Part shown: in pieces, positions 1-12,372 of the stretch
How the letters are laid out: each line of letters starts with the position of its first letter
Position numbering within the stretch: position 1 is the first letter of the stretch
From: Eledone cirrhosa
Taxonomy: Eukaryota
Assembly (NCBI GenBank): GCA_964016885.1
Contig: OZ024749.1
Coordinates: 36,704,001 to 36,768,000, forward strand
Direction of reading: 5' to 3'
DNA: 64,000 nt
Notes under the pieces: generated by a model
The model's database searches: none
Told to the model about the DNA's origin: nothing
The model's input: the letters and a program-made list of their open reading frames with translations, nothing else
Translations under genes and position numbers: made by a program

Positions 1-320
1 TTCTTCCTTCGCCCGCCCCAACAGGAAAAAATTTGTATGGCGTTAAGTCAGGGCTTTCATGCAGACTTCGATAACCAAACGAACGTCCTGGAAATTGGAA
101 TCAATCACTCACGGACAATGCGTGTAAATTGAGGAGGGTCTCCATCTTGCATGAATATGAGGTCATTGATGTTGTCCCAAGTAGTTAGAGCGGGCCAAAG
201 GATATAAATAATTTCCAATAGGGAGTTTCTTTCCACCCACCCTGTATTGTGTATGAATGTATGTTAGGTTTTTCTAGTCATAAGCCTGGTGTTCACTGAA
301 CTGTCCAGTTCGTGTAGATC
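1..320 (-). pseudogene. Tc1/mariner-superfamily transposase relic (catalytic-domain fragment)
   Basis: Minus-strand translation gives DLIFMQDGDPPQFTRIVRE*L and SPDLTPYKFF. These match the FQQDGAPPH...VREWL and WPPRSPDLTPxDFFLWG motifs, with stops and frameshifts. Confidence 0.8.
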
Positions 321-346
321 AGAAAAAAATTATACATTTTTTAATA

Positions 347-420
347 TATTTTGTCTGAGGAGAACAAGTTTTGCTTTATGTTATACATAAAACTATCTTC
401 GAAATATATATAATCAATAA
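347..420 (+). ncRNA. Type I hammerhead ribozyme-like motif (diverged family A relative)
   Basis: TATTTTGT-CTGAGGA-long stem II (GAACAAGTTTT...AAAACTATCTTC)-GAAA-T-ATAT-A-TA^ATCAATAA; stem I is imperfect. Confidence 0.55.
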
Positions 421-458
421 ATAGAGATGATATAAAGTATATATCTTTCGTTTATTAC

Positions 459-489
<31 letters not shown>

Positions 490-629
490 CAAATGTGAGG
501 TATCAAAACATATCAAATATGGTTGATTTTTTTTGTGCTTCTCGATAAACAAGCTCAATAGACTTTGTCCAAAGCTATAATAATTCAAAAGGAAAAGATA
601 TATCTATATATATTTCAGAAATATGTGCT

Positions 630-667
<38 letters not shown>

Positions 668-974
668 AAATTAGGAAAATTAACAAATGAAAGAAAACTA
701 GGCAGAACGGAAAAATAAACTCCTTTAAAAGTGAAACATAAAATTTTTTTTTTGAGGGAGGAAAAATAAAAAGACAAACGAAAGACACAGAACTCTAAGG
801 TGTTCAGCCGACGAGATGGACTTGACAGTTTCGACACCTATAGACGGTACCTCCGGTCTACACAGCATCTGATACGACTAGGCGAAGGTGTCGTGCTTTG
901 TATAGCAACGATAGTCACGTGAGACTGAAAGAAAAGATGTCGTGTTAGAAAATGTAATACATTGAAATTATACA

Positions 975-1268
975 TTATACCACACTCAAAATGGTGGTTG
1001 GTGTTATGCAGCCAGCCGACTCTGTAAAGTGATAATTATGGTGCCGTAAAAAAAACCCCATAGACCACCGAGTCAAGTGGTAGTACTGGTGTCACGAGAA
1101 AACACTAAGGTACACGTTGTGAAGTGGCTGGCATTAGGAAGGGTATCCAGCCGCAGAAACCATGCCACAATGGAACGTATGAGCAAGACGCAGTCAGCTG
1201 ACTTGATTTGTCTAGCCTGTACATAACAACCTGCCTAACCCATACAAATAGATGTAAAAAGAGGATAA

Positions 1269-1270
<2 letters not shown>
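975..1270 (+). mobile_element. Degenerate SINE/RTE-LINE 3' tail repeat
   Basis: Contains ggcattaggaagggtatccagccgcagaaacc and cctaacccat, shared with the RTE 3' UTR at 55297-55672. Confidence 0.6.
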
Positions 1271-1345
<75 letters not shown>

Positions 1346-1347
<2 letters not shown>

Positions 1348-1534
1348 CGAAGAAAATGTGGTAAGGAACCAGGTGGACCATAACGCACCAAAGTACTCAA
1401 TACTTAGGGTAGTAGAGTGGGTAATAGGAACGAGCAGGACCCCGACGGCTGAGCTCAAGCCGTTTCGACGGCTAATTCAGAATTAGCCGTCGAAACGGCT
1501 TGAGCTCAGCCGTCGGGGTCCTACTCGTTCCTAT
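1346..1534 (-). mobile_element. Fold-back element, family D (Penelope-like end), in (TA)n
   Basis: 55-bp inverted arms (1424-1478/1480-1534) plus an ~80-bp unique tail; homologous to 13949-14066 and 37778-37960. Confidence 0.7.
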
Positions 1535-1541
1535 ATATATA

Positions 1542-1755
1542 TATAGTAATAATAATAAATTTGAAGACTAAAATCCAAAGAGGGTTCGATAACGATAAAT
1601 ATATATCAAATATATAAGAACCGTAGAGCAAATATTTATTAAAATAACAGATTAAAGTTTAAGCAAAGAATCGGTGCTTTCACCCTTAACGGGTGTTTCA
1701 GAAGATCACGTTAAGGGTGAAAGCAGCGATTCTTTGCTTAAACTTTAATCTGTTA

Positions 1756-1763
<8 letters not shown>
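1542..1763 (-). mobile_element. Fold-back element, family E, in (TA)n
   Basis: 55-bp inverted arms (1637-1691/1709-1763) with a 17-nt loop, plus a tail that recurs reversed at ~33773-33880. Confidence 0.65.
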
Positions 1764-1795
<32 letters not shown>

Positions 1796-1904
1796 AGGTT
1801 GACTTTGCCTTTCATCCTTACGGGGTCGATAAAATAAAGTACCAGTAATGCACTGGATAATTGCTGGCCTTGTGCCTAAAGTAGAAACAATTATTTATGT
1901 ATTG

Positions 1905-1937
<33 letters not shown>

Positions 1938-1942
<5 letters not shown>

Positions 1943-2186
1943 ATATTAAATAAATGGAAACTATATTTATAAAACCATATTTATTTTATTATATATATTT
2001 CAAGGGTACCAAAACACTTTGGTACGCTTATATAATAAAATAAATATGGTTTTATAAATATAGTTTCCATTTATTTAATATCATTGAATATTTACTCCAG
2101 GAAAATGTTGAGTGCTCTATATCAGTTATAAACATTTATATTTATATTTGTCGGATTTCGCAACAAATTAAATACCCCTTCTACTT
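1938..2186 (+). mobile_element. Family A fold-back element with truncated hammerhead
   Basis: Inverted arms 1938-2086 plus tail. The minus strand keeps stem II and GAAATATATATAATAAAATA but lacks CTGATGA. Confidence 0.7.
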
Positions 2187-2220
2187 ATATATATATATAG
2201 GTATGTAAATATATATATTC

Positions 2221-2348
2221 CTGATGATTTCTAAAGAATGAAACAGTTCTAGTCCTGTAGAATCTCATCTATATTAAAACTTTTATACTCTGCAATGTAT
2301 TGAGTACCTTACTTACTGTGGTTACCTCCGATTCAACCCGGAATAACG

Positions 2349-2350
<2 letters not shown>
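2221..2350 (+). mobile_element. Penelope-like end fragment with hammerhead core
   Basis: CTGATGA-TTTCTAAAGAAT-GAAAC at 2221-2244. The downstream tail ttgagtaccttac...ccgattcaaccc recurs at ~12548-12587 and ~2632-2650. Confidence 0.45.
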
Positions 2351-2396
<46 letters not shown>

Positions 2397-2647
2397 AAAT
2401 GTATATATATATGTATGTAAATGTATATATATATATATATGTATGTAAATGTATATATATATGTATAAATGTATATATATATGTATGTAAATGTATATAT
2501 ATATATATATGAATATATATATATATATACACACACACACATATATATATATCTCTTTGTCAATGCATACATACATATAGATAGATACACATATCTATAT
2601 GTATGCATCATTGATGTATTGACAATTGAATTCCCGATTGAACCCCG

Positions 2648-2745
<98 letters not shown>

Positions 2746-3024
2746 GTCCCATACACCCTCTCTCGCTTCCATAGTCTTTCATCTGTTGCTTCTCTCACTC
2801 ACTTCTTCTCTCTATCACTTCTATACCCTCTCACTCTCTTAAAGCACTTCCCTCTCTTTTCCTCCCCCTCTCTCTCTTTCTCTCTACTATTTCACTTGGG
2901 TTACGACAATCGCCTCCTCTTCCTGCCCCTCAGCCACGTGCTACCTTTATTTCCAGTCGTTCCATACCGTTTCTGTTTGCCTGTCTCCCTCCCTCTGTCT
3001 TTCGCTCTAACCCCCCCCTCTCTC

Positions 3025-3090
<66 letters not shown>

Positions 3091-3199
3091 AGCGTACATA
3101 TATGTCTGTGTATATACATGTATATAACTATGTATGCATATATGTGAGTGACTCCAGTGTCTTGTAAGTGTGAGTGTCGACTGAATGCAACCAGCCACT

Positions 3200-3480
3200 C
3201 AATACCACCAACTACACCACAACCACCACCATTACCACAATCACCGCCACCATTACCACAATCACCACCAACCACACCACACCACAACCATTACCACAAT
3301 CACCACCACACCACACCACAACCGCCACAATAACCACCAACCACACCACACTACACCACAACCGCCACCATTACCACAATCACCACCACACCACCACACC
3401 ACACCACCACCATTACCACAATAACCACCAACCACATCACACCTCACCACAACCACCACCATTAACACAACCACCACCGT
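3200..3480. repeat. Degenerate (ACC/CACCA)n low-complexity tract
   Basis: Seen directly. Confidence 0.9.
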
Positions 3481-4562
3481 TACCCACTCCGAGTGGTTAC
3501 CATTCCCATTTACATCATACAACCATGCATGTATATATAACTCTGTGAGTGACTCTGACGTTCTGCAAGTGTGAGTGTCGACTGCATTGAGTGTAAGCAA
3601 GCACTCATTACCATCAGCACTGCGAGTTGATTACCATTCCACAGTAAGACGTGACAGCTAGCCAGCCGTGCGAGGGTCAGTCTTGGGTGTGTGTGTGTGT
3701 GTGTTTTCTCTAAAACCACAACAACTGCATAACCACAGTCATCATCACCATCATCATCATCATCAACAGTAACAACTGTGTTGTCAATAGCCCTTAACAT
3801 TCACACCCTTACCACTACCAAAACCACCCGGTATATTTACAAGGTTGAGGTAAAAAAATAGAACGAAGGACCATCTCCTACCGTTTTTCTTTTATTCCTT
3901 TCAGTCATTGATTGGAATCATTTGGGAGGTGTTGCCGTGTTTTAATTAAACACCTCACAATCGTAATTACGACGACTGCTTCCTCTATCAAACACCTGAC
4001 GCTGTTAGTGTGTATATGTATGTGTATATATACATATAAACTATGTAATATATCATATACATATCTTATACACACATACAGACGGGTGCGGACGCATACA
4101 TACATATATACATATATCCATGTATAAATATATATATGATTGATTACAGGTGTGGTATAGTACGGATCGATATATAAATAATATATATATATTGTTTCGA
4201 TGTGATGTTCCGGGGATTGACGTAAAAAGAGTTATTGTCGATGTTTGTAGTGGTGTAACAGTTCTTATAACAACAATTGCTAGGGTACATTGTCACTGCT
4301 ACAGTTGTTATTGATATTACTGTTATTGTTGTTATATATTTGAGTTGTTGTGACTGCTGTGTTGTTACTACTACCGTTGTTGTTGTTTGTTGTTGCTGTC
4401 GGGGTGTGAGAGAAAAGATTCCGACGACCAACGGTGAAGACGAGAGAAAAGAAGAGAAAAGTAAAGAAGGTTCAAACCCTTAAGCAACATTTAATTTACG
4501 AAGCCAGCTGGGTTAAGTGTGTATCCTCCACAGAACCAACCATACCATACCACACAACAGTG

Positions 4563-4648
4563 ATGTCGGTTGTTCTTACCGCCTTCCGCAACTCCAAGAC
4601 CGCCAAAGCTAAGAAAGAACAACTGAAAAAGAAAAAGACGAAAGATCG
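4563..4648 (+). CDS. Candidate first coding exon of an unidentified gene (MSVVLTAFRNSKTAKAKKEQLKKKKTKD-R)
   Basis: Non-repetitive, CpG-containing sequence. ATG at 4563, open frame, consensus donor CG|GTAAGT at 4649 (phase 2). Confidence 0.6.
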
Positions 4649-4685
4649 GTAAGTTCCTTAAGATATATATTTTTTCCTACTATAA

Positions 4686-4832
4686 ATAATTGTTTCTACT
4701 TTTGACACAAGGCCAGCAATTACTCAGTACATTACTGGTCCTTTATTTTATCGACCCCGTAAGGATGAAAGGCAAAGTTAACCTCGGCGGGATTTGAACT
4801 CAGACTGTTCAAATCCCGCCGAGGTTAACTTT
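4686..4832 (-). mobile_element. tRNA-derived SINE family 1, 5'-truncated with inverted end
   Basis: SINE core on minus strand; 26-bp inverted arms 4774-4799/4807-4832; near-TSD cctactataaataat / cctactttaaataat. Confidence 0.85.
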
Positions 4833-5612
4833 CCTACTTTAAATAATATATTGTATCTAGCAGTTTGACATAACGACTCCGACGAAATTTTCAACGTGGG
4901 GCCCGCGCAAACTTAATTCGCTCCTGATTGCTTTTGAAAAGCCGCCACAGTACAGATTAACTATAAAAAAAAGTCAAATAATTTCAAGTAATTTACCACC
5001 TGGAGATAAAAAAAAAAAAAAAAAAAAAAAAAATAGTGGTAGACTGGACCGCCCACAGAAATCAAACCACGCACCTGTTGGATGGCATTCTTTCGTTTTA
5101 AGTAAACAGCAATCTCTGAGCATATTATTGGGAATAAAACGAAAATAAACGACACCTACCTGATCATGATTGAACTGTATAGGTAAATTCAGAATGATTT
5201 ATTGGTAAAGGAAAATGTTTAAAATAAATTTGTTTGGCAATAATTAAAAAAAACGCGAACAAATAATATTGTACATAGATACAAAATAAAGTTATTGATT
5301 ATGGATTGGCGGCTACCTAAAACGAAAGAAGGCCGTTTGTGTGAAGCTTCAGCTTCTAATAAATAATATAACATTCTATATATTTGTATTGAGTGCATTC
5401 TTGTTCTTGCGTGTGTGCACAAACGTGCTTATATCTCTCCCCTTACTTTCTTACTCTCTATTTGTCTCTCTCATACACCTATACATGTGTGCGTGTTTTA
5501 TATATATATATATATATATATAATGGAAAAATTTGAACAGGGACAAAACAGAGAGGCAGTACAACGAATGTTTATTAATTTCACGCTCTGGAGAGTGGGG
5601 TGTTGGTGGGGG

Positions 5613-5644
5613 ACGACGTTTCGGGCATAAGCCCTTCCTCAGGC
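5613..5644 (-). ncRNA. Minimal type I hammerhead ribozyme, family C
   Basis: Reverse complement CTGAGGA-A-GGGC-TTAT-GCCC-GAAACGTC^G, inside a repeat (5522-5643) also found at ~10300-10540 and 13231-13470. Confidence 0.7.
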
Positions 5645-5663
5645 ATCCATTCGTGTGTGTATG

Positions 5664-5726
<63 letters not shown>

Positions 5727-6374
5727 GTTAAAGGAGTTCCATGTATTTTATTATGCGCATTTCAAAAACAAACATCATCATCATGCAATAATATTTGTAA
5801 TTGCTGGCCTTGTGCCTAAAGTAGAAACAATATTTGTGTTTTCATCAGATAAAACAGGAGAACATGATATGAAGGCTAAAAAACACTTGTGGATAGTGCA
5901 GTTTTAAATCAACATATGAAAAGTGGTTTTAGATTGATGTGTGATATTGGGAAAAATATTTTATTTAGAGAGGGGGTGGGTGGAAAGGATGAAAAAGGGG
6001 AGGAGATGAGAGTGAAGGTGGAGAGGGAGAGATGGGTGATAGAGAGAAAGAGATAGTTTTTATAACTGAGAGAAGATATATTGTTTTATATAGAGAGGTT
6101 GAAAACCGTTGCTTTTTATTGTACTACAATAAAACTCACCTCCTACACATATATATATATATATAAATAAACAAAAGAGAGAGGGAGAGAGTTTGTGTGA
6201 GAGAGAGATGTTATTATTCCGACCAAAATATTCCCCCCCCCCAAAAAAAAAATGACGTACCAGTTAATAAAATGATATCGTGGGGGGTAGATTTTAATTG
6301 AACTGAAGAGTAGCCGTGGGGTGGCCTTGTAGCTTACCACAAGACCCCACAACTTGTGCGATTTTTAGAAATGA

Positions 6375-7430
6375 TGTTGTTATTATTGTCGTTGCTGTTG
6401 TTATTATTGTCGTCGTTGTTGATATCGCTATTATCGTTGTGTCATTGTTGCTGCTGTTGTTGGTGTTGTCATTGTTGCTGCTGTTGTTGGTGTTGTCATT
6501 GTTGCTGCTGTTGTCATTGTTGCTGCTGTTGTTGGTGTTGTCATTGTTGCTGCTGTTGCTGTTGTTGTTGTCATTGTCATCGTCGCTGTTGTTATCACTA
6601 TTGTCGTTGTGTGAGGGTGGTGGATTGCCAGTGTCGGTAGAGGGTCGGACGCCATGCTTTTGCAGCATGAGTTCAAATCCCGCCGAGGTTACCTTTGCCT
6701 GTCATCCTTACGGGGTCGATAACATAAAGTACCAGTCACGCACTGGGGGTCGATTTAATCGACTTTCCCCTCCTCCCCCTCCTCCCCCCAAAATTACTGG
6801 CCTTGTGCCTATATAAGAAACCACTGTTGTTGTTGTCGTTGTTGTTATCACCATTGACATTGTTGCTGCTGCTGCTGTTGTTGTTGTTACTGTCGTCGTT
6901 ATTGTTGCTGTTGTTGTTGTCGTTGTCGTTGTTGTTATCACTATTGACATTGTTGCTGCTGCTGCTGTTGTTGTTGTTACTGTCGTCGTTATTGTTGTTG
7001 TTGTTGTTGTTGTCGTCGTTGCTGTTGTTGTCGTCGTTGCTGTTGTTGTTATCGTTATTGTTGTTGTTATTGTCGTCGTTGCTGTTGTTGTTATCGTTGT
7101 TGTTGTTGTTGTTGTTGTTATTGTCGTCATTGCTGTTGTTGTTATTTGTTATTGTTGTTGTTATTGTCATCGTTGCTGTTGTTGTTATCGTTGTTGTTGC
7201 TGTTATTGTCGTCGTTGCTGTTGTTGTTATCGTTGTTGTTGCTGTTATTGTCGTCGTTGCTGTTGTTGTTATCGTTATTGTTGTTGTTATTGTCGTCGTT
7301 GCTGTTGTTGTTATCGTTGTTGTTGCTGTTATTGTCGTCGTTGCTGTTGTTGTTATTTGTTGTTGTTGCCATTATTGTTGTTGTTATCGTTGTTGTTCTT
7401 AATGTTATTGCTGCTGTTGTTATTGTTGTT
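6375..7430. repeat. (GTT/GCT/GTC)n trinucleotide tract interrupted by a SINE
   Basis: Seen directly; explains the poly-L/N/T/V ORFs. Confidence 0.9.
6615..6822 (+). mobile_element. tRNA-derived SINE family 1
   Basis: A-box-like tgccagtgtcgg, B box gagttcaaatcc, core tttgcctgtcatccttacggggtcgataa, tail ctggccttgtgcc. Confidence 0.85.
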
Positions 7431-7458
7431 GTACATATGACAACACTGTTGTGTTATC

Positions 7459-7505
<47 letters not shown>

Positions 7506-7506
<1 letters not shown>

Positions 7507-7720
7507 AAGGCGTGTAGCTGAGTGGTTAGAGAATTAGATTCGCAATCGAAAGGTTGTGAGTTCGATTCCTGGACCAGGCGATGCGTTATGTCCTTGAGCA
7601 AGACACTTTATTTCATGTTGCTCCTTCTACCTGGAGCTGCGACCGATAGATAGTATTAGCAATTGGAAAGACCAACGGAAACATTGTTCCCTCGGTCCGA
7701 TTTGACGAAAGTCGATCGTC
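7506..7720 (+). mobile_element. tRNA-derived SINE family 2 variant (V-domain-like centre)
   Basis: A box tagctgagtgg, B box gagttcgattcc, centre tgtccttgagcaagacacttt; related copy at ~33040-33270. Confidence 0.8.
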
Positions 7721-7835
7721 TAAAAAATATATATATATATATCATGTTTCCAGATTTCATTTTTCACAATGACTATCATCATATATCGCTATTATTGTTA
7801 TCGCAGTTCCAGCCGTGACCACCCCGTCTTTTATT

Positions 7836-7921
<86 letters not shown>

Positions 7922-8179
7922 CTGCATTATCCATTGTCACGTTGGCTTTTAATGTCGTTGTTGTTATTGTTGTTGTATCTGTAGTGGTTTATGTTGATAC
8001 TGTTGTTGTTGGTGCTGTATGTGTTGTTGTTGTTGTTGCTACTGCAATGATGTTGACGTTGTTGCTACTGCTGTTGTTGGTGCTGTATGTGTTGTTGTTG
8101 TTGTTGCTGCTGCTGCTGTTGTTGGTGCTGCTGTTGTGAAGACTGGAATGAGTCAGTGTCATGTTGTGGATTTTAGAAT

Positions 8180-8990
8180 AACAACTGGACATAACTGGTC
8201 AATACTGGACATTATTGACCGCTACAGTCAACAATGTGACATAATTGGTCGATACTGACCACTACAGTATATAATTAGTCACTACTGGACTTTACTGACC
8301 ACTACAAGACATAACTGGTCAATATTGGACATTACTGATAACTACTGGACATTACTGACAACTACTGGACATAATTGGTCACTACTGGACATTACTGACC
8401 ACTACAGGACATAATTGGTTACTACTGGACACTACTGACCACTACAGGACATAATTGGTCACTACTGGACTTTACTGACCACTACAAGACATTACTGATA
8501 ACTACTGGACATTACTGACAACTACTGGACATTACTGACAACTACTGGACATAATTAGTCACTACTGGACATTACTGGCAACTACTGGACATAACTGGTC
8601 AATATTGGACATTACTGATAACTACTGGACATTACTGACAACTACTGGACATAAGTGGTCACTACTGGACATTACTGACCACTAGTGGACATAATTGGTC
8701 ACTACTGGACATTACTGACCACTACAGGACATAATTGGTTGCTACTGGACATTAATGACCACTACAGGACATAATTGGTCGCTACTGGACATTACTGACC
8801 ACTACTGGACATAATTGATCACTACTGGACATAATTGGTCACTACTGGACATTACTGTCCTCTATTGTCAACCAGTGGACATAAATGGTCAGTAGTGGAT
8901 ATATTGGTCAATATATTACAAATTACTGTCCTCTACTGTTAACCGGTGGGCCTAATTGGTCAATACTGGACATTACTGACCAGTAGTGGA
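8180..8990. repeat. ~20-bp minisatellite (actactggacattactgacc / actactggacataattggtc)
   Basis: Seen directly; two related unit types alternate. Confidence 0.9.
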
Positions 8991-9019
8991 GTGTTTGGAC
9001 TACGTGATGGTGGTTTGAC

Positions 9020-9984
9020 TTCTACACACACGGAACATAATGTCACTTATACACACACACACACACACACGGAACATAATGCCACTTATACACACACACA
9101 GACACACACACACACGGAACAATGCCACTTATACACACACACACGGAACATAATGCCACTTATACACACAAGTATAGACATACATACACCTACACGTTTT
9201 GGCACACAGAGACACTCACACAGCCACTGACACCCACACACTGACACCCACACACAAAAAGACCCCCCTCCCCCACACACACATACATATGTAGCTAGAC
9301 ATATACACACATCTTGAGATGCATGTGTGCATAAATACACACATACAGAAACAAGCACATTCACACACATACACACACACACACATACAGACATACAAAC
9401 ACAAGCACATGCGCACACACACACACATATAAAAAACACAAGCACATTCACACACACTGACACACATAGAAACACAAGCACATTCACACACACACACACA
9501 CAGCACATTCTCACACCCACATACACACACACACATACAAACACAAGCACATTCGCACAAACACATTCATACACATTCACACACACATACAAACACAAGC
9601 ACATTCTTACACACACACACATACAAACACATTCACACATACAAACACAAGCACATTCTCACACACACACACACACATACAAACACATTCACACATACAA
9701 ACACAAGCACATTCTTACACACACACATACAAACACAAGCACATTCTTACACACACACACACACATACAAACACAAGCACATTCTCACACACACACACAC
9801 ACATACAAACACATTCACACATACAAACACAAGCACATTCTCACACACATACACACACATACAAACACACACACACACACATACAAACACAAGCATATTC
9901 GGACACACATTTTCATTGACAGAAATGTATGTATAATGTTTGTGTCTGTGTGTATGTGTATGCCTGTGCCTGTGCGCGCGTGCT

Positions 9985-10077
<93 letters not shown>
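9020..10077. repeat. (CA)n-derived compound repeats followed by pure (TG)n
   Basis: Seen directly. Confidence 0.9.
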
Positions 10078-10079
<2 letters not shown>

Positions 10080-10416
10080 CGACAGAGACTAGCAGACTAT
10101 ATATATAGGTTTCCTGCTATAGCAGCATACAAAATATATACATTATCATCATCATCATCATTTAACATCCACTTTCCCTGCTAGCAGGGTTGGATAGATT
10201 TACATTGACCATGTCAGTACTGAAACAGAGCTACTGACCTACCAGAATGCTGGATAGTCTGCATCTCACCTATAGTCTTTCTCTCTGTATATATATATAT
10301 ATAATCATGCTTTTATATTTAATTTCATTTGTACCGTTTCCGCTCACCCCCTTTTTTTCTATGTCTCTCCACCACTCCCCTACACACCCTTGGAACTCTC
10401 TTTCCACACACTTTTT

Positions 10417-10448
10417 ACCTGAAGAAGGGCTTATGTCCGAAACGTCGT
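10417..10448 (+). ncRNA. Minimal type I hammerhead ribozyme, family C
   Basis: AC-CTGAAGA-A-GGGC-TTAT-GTCC-GAAACGTC^GT. Confidence 0.7.
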
Positions 10449-10534
10449 TCCCCACCACCACCCCACTCTCAAGAGCGTGAAACTAATAAACCTTTGTTCG
10501 TACTGCCTCTCTGTTTTGTTCCCGTTCAATTTTT

Positions 10535-10568
<34 letters not shown>

Positions 10569-10619
10569 CATTCAAAGTTATAGACGTCATGTTTGAGATA
10601 ATCTCGAATATATATATAT

Positions 10620-10831
10620 AATGTGGCCGTGTAGGTAACACGGTAAAACCCCCCCAGTCCACACTGTAAACCTGGTTGGTGTTAGCAAGGGCATTCAGCT
10701 GTAGAAAAGCCGCCAGACAGTCCTATGCGAGCAAGACAACCACTCTTGCCTCAAGTGGGAAAACTCCCGTCCAAACCCATGCGAGCGTGGAATATGGACG
10801 TTAAACGATGATGATGATGATGATGATGATG
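10620..10831 (+). mobile_element. RTE-LINE 3' tail fragment ending in (GAT)n
   Basis: Reverse complement of part of 55297-55500. Confidence 0.75.
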
Positions 10832-10975
10832 ATATATATATATGTAGAAGTTCTATTTAAATTGTTGGGATACAACAAGCAAATGTTTTTATAACTGATA
10901 TAAAGCACTCAACAGTAACTTGGAGTAAAAATACGATATATTAACAAATGGAAACTATATTTATAAAACCATATT

Positions 10976-11040
10976 TATTTCATTATACATATTTCAAGGA
11001 CACCAAGTTAAATTATGGTGCGCTTTCATCAGATAAAATA
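10976..11040 (-). ncRNA. Type I hammerhead ribozyme, family A
   Basis: Mirror image of 11191-11255. Confidence 0.8.
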
Positions 11041-11190
11041 TAATATAGATCAGTTTTATAAATAAATATTGACATCCCCTTAGAGAATGCGACCATTTCT
11101 GTTGGAAATGACTATCCGGGAGCTTCCAACAGAAATGGTCGCATTCTCTAAGGGGATGTCAATATTTATTTATAAAACTGATCTATATTA

Positions 11191-11255
11191 TATTTTATCT
11201 GATGAAAGCGCACCATAATTTAACTTGGTGTCCTTGAAATATGTATAATGAAATA
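11191..11255 (+). ncRNA. Type I hammerhead ribozyme, family A
   Basis: TATTTTAT-CTGATGA-AAGCGCACCA/TGGTGTCCTT (stem II)-GAAA-T-ATGT-A-TA^ATGAAATA; 8-bp stem I. Confidence 0.8.
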
Positions 11256-11296
11256 AATATGGTTTTATAAATATAGTTTCCATTTGTTAATATATC

Positions 11297-11334
<38 letters not shown>

Positions 11335-11549
11335 TCATCATTATCATTTTACGTCTGCTTTTCCTTGCTTGCAAGGGTGGGACGGGTCCTTTCTGCACAC
11401 CATCTCTCCATTCGTCATGACCCTTCGTCATCTCCTCTGTGAGCTTCAGCAATCTGGGGTCAACTTTCATCTCTTATATATATAAGGATAACTTGAACCG
11501 TTAAGGTATATTCTCCTTGGTTATGTCAAAATTTATAAAACACACTTCG

Positions 11550-11611
11550 TATTTTATCTGATGATAACGTACCAACATTTTTGGTATCCTTGAAATATAT
11601 ATAATAGAATA
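11550..11611 (+). ncRNA. Type I hammerhead ribozyme, family A
   Basis: TATTTTAT-CTGATGA-...GTACCAA/TTGGTAT...-GAAATATATATA^ATAGAATA. Confidence 0.75.
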
Positions 11612-11665
11612 AATATGGTTTTATAAATATAGTTTCCATTTATTTAATATCATTGTATATATATA

Positions 11666-11765
<100 letters not shown>

Positions 11766-11964
11766 GAAGTTATATTTAATTTGTTGGGATACAACAAGCA
11801 AATATTTTTATAACTGATATAAAGCACTCAACAAAATTTATGGAGTAAAAATACAATATATTAACAAATGGAAAGTATATTTATAAAACCGGGAGCTTCC
11901 AACAGACATGGTCGCATTCTTTTAAGGGTATGTCGATATTTGTTTATAAAACTGATCTATATTA

Positions 11965-12029
11965 TATTTTATCTGATGAAAGCGCACCATAATTTGCTTT
12001 GGTGTCCTTGAAATATGTATAATGAAATA
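11965..12029 (+). ncRNA. Type I hammerhead ribozyme, family A (in partial fold-back 11762-12070)
   Basis: Same core and stems as 11191-11255. Confidence 0.8.
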
Positions 12030-12063
12030 AATATGGTTTTATAAATATAGTTTCCATTTGTTA

Positions 12064-12116
<53 letters not shown>

Positions 12117-12205
12117 CCAAAGTTTATATGGTTCATTGATTATTCAACGAATACAATTTTACAATAGATTAGAAGCATTCGACAGAATCTTTCTGGAGTA
12201 TTTAA

Positions 12206-12372
12206 TATTATTCAAAATATTAATAAATGAAAAATATTCTCATAACCAAAATATATATTTTATTATATTTTATTATGCATATTTCAGAGGTACAATGGTG
12301 TTTAAGTACGTATAATAAAATATATATTTTGGTTATGAGAATATTTTTCATTTATTAATATTTTGAATAATA
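12206..12372. mobile_element. Fold-back element related to family A, hammerhead truncated
   Basis: Inverted arms around a spacer whose minus strand reads gtac...gtacctctGAAATATGCATAATAAAATA, without CTGATGA. Confidence 0.55.

Larger units (their letters stand above)
10843..11300 (-). mobile_element. Family A fold-back element with two hammerheads
   Basis: 177-bp inverted arms (10931-11107/11124-11300), 16-nt loop, ~90-bp tail; flanked by (TA)n. Confidence 0.85.

Noticed and set aside
815-860. Possible hammerhead on minus strand (...GAAACTGTCA)
   Set aside because: CTGANGA core not recognisable; at most a relic.
7506-7580. tRNA gene
   Set aside because: A/B boxes present, but it continues into SINE body sequence and is multi-copy; no full cloverleaf seen.
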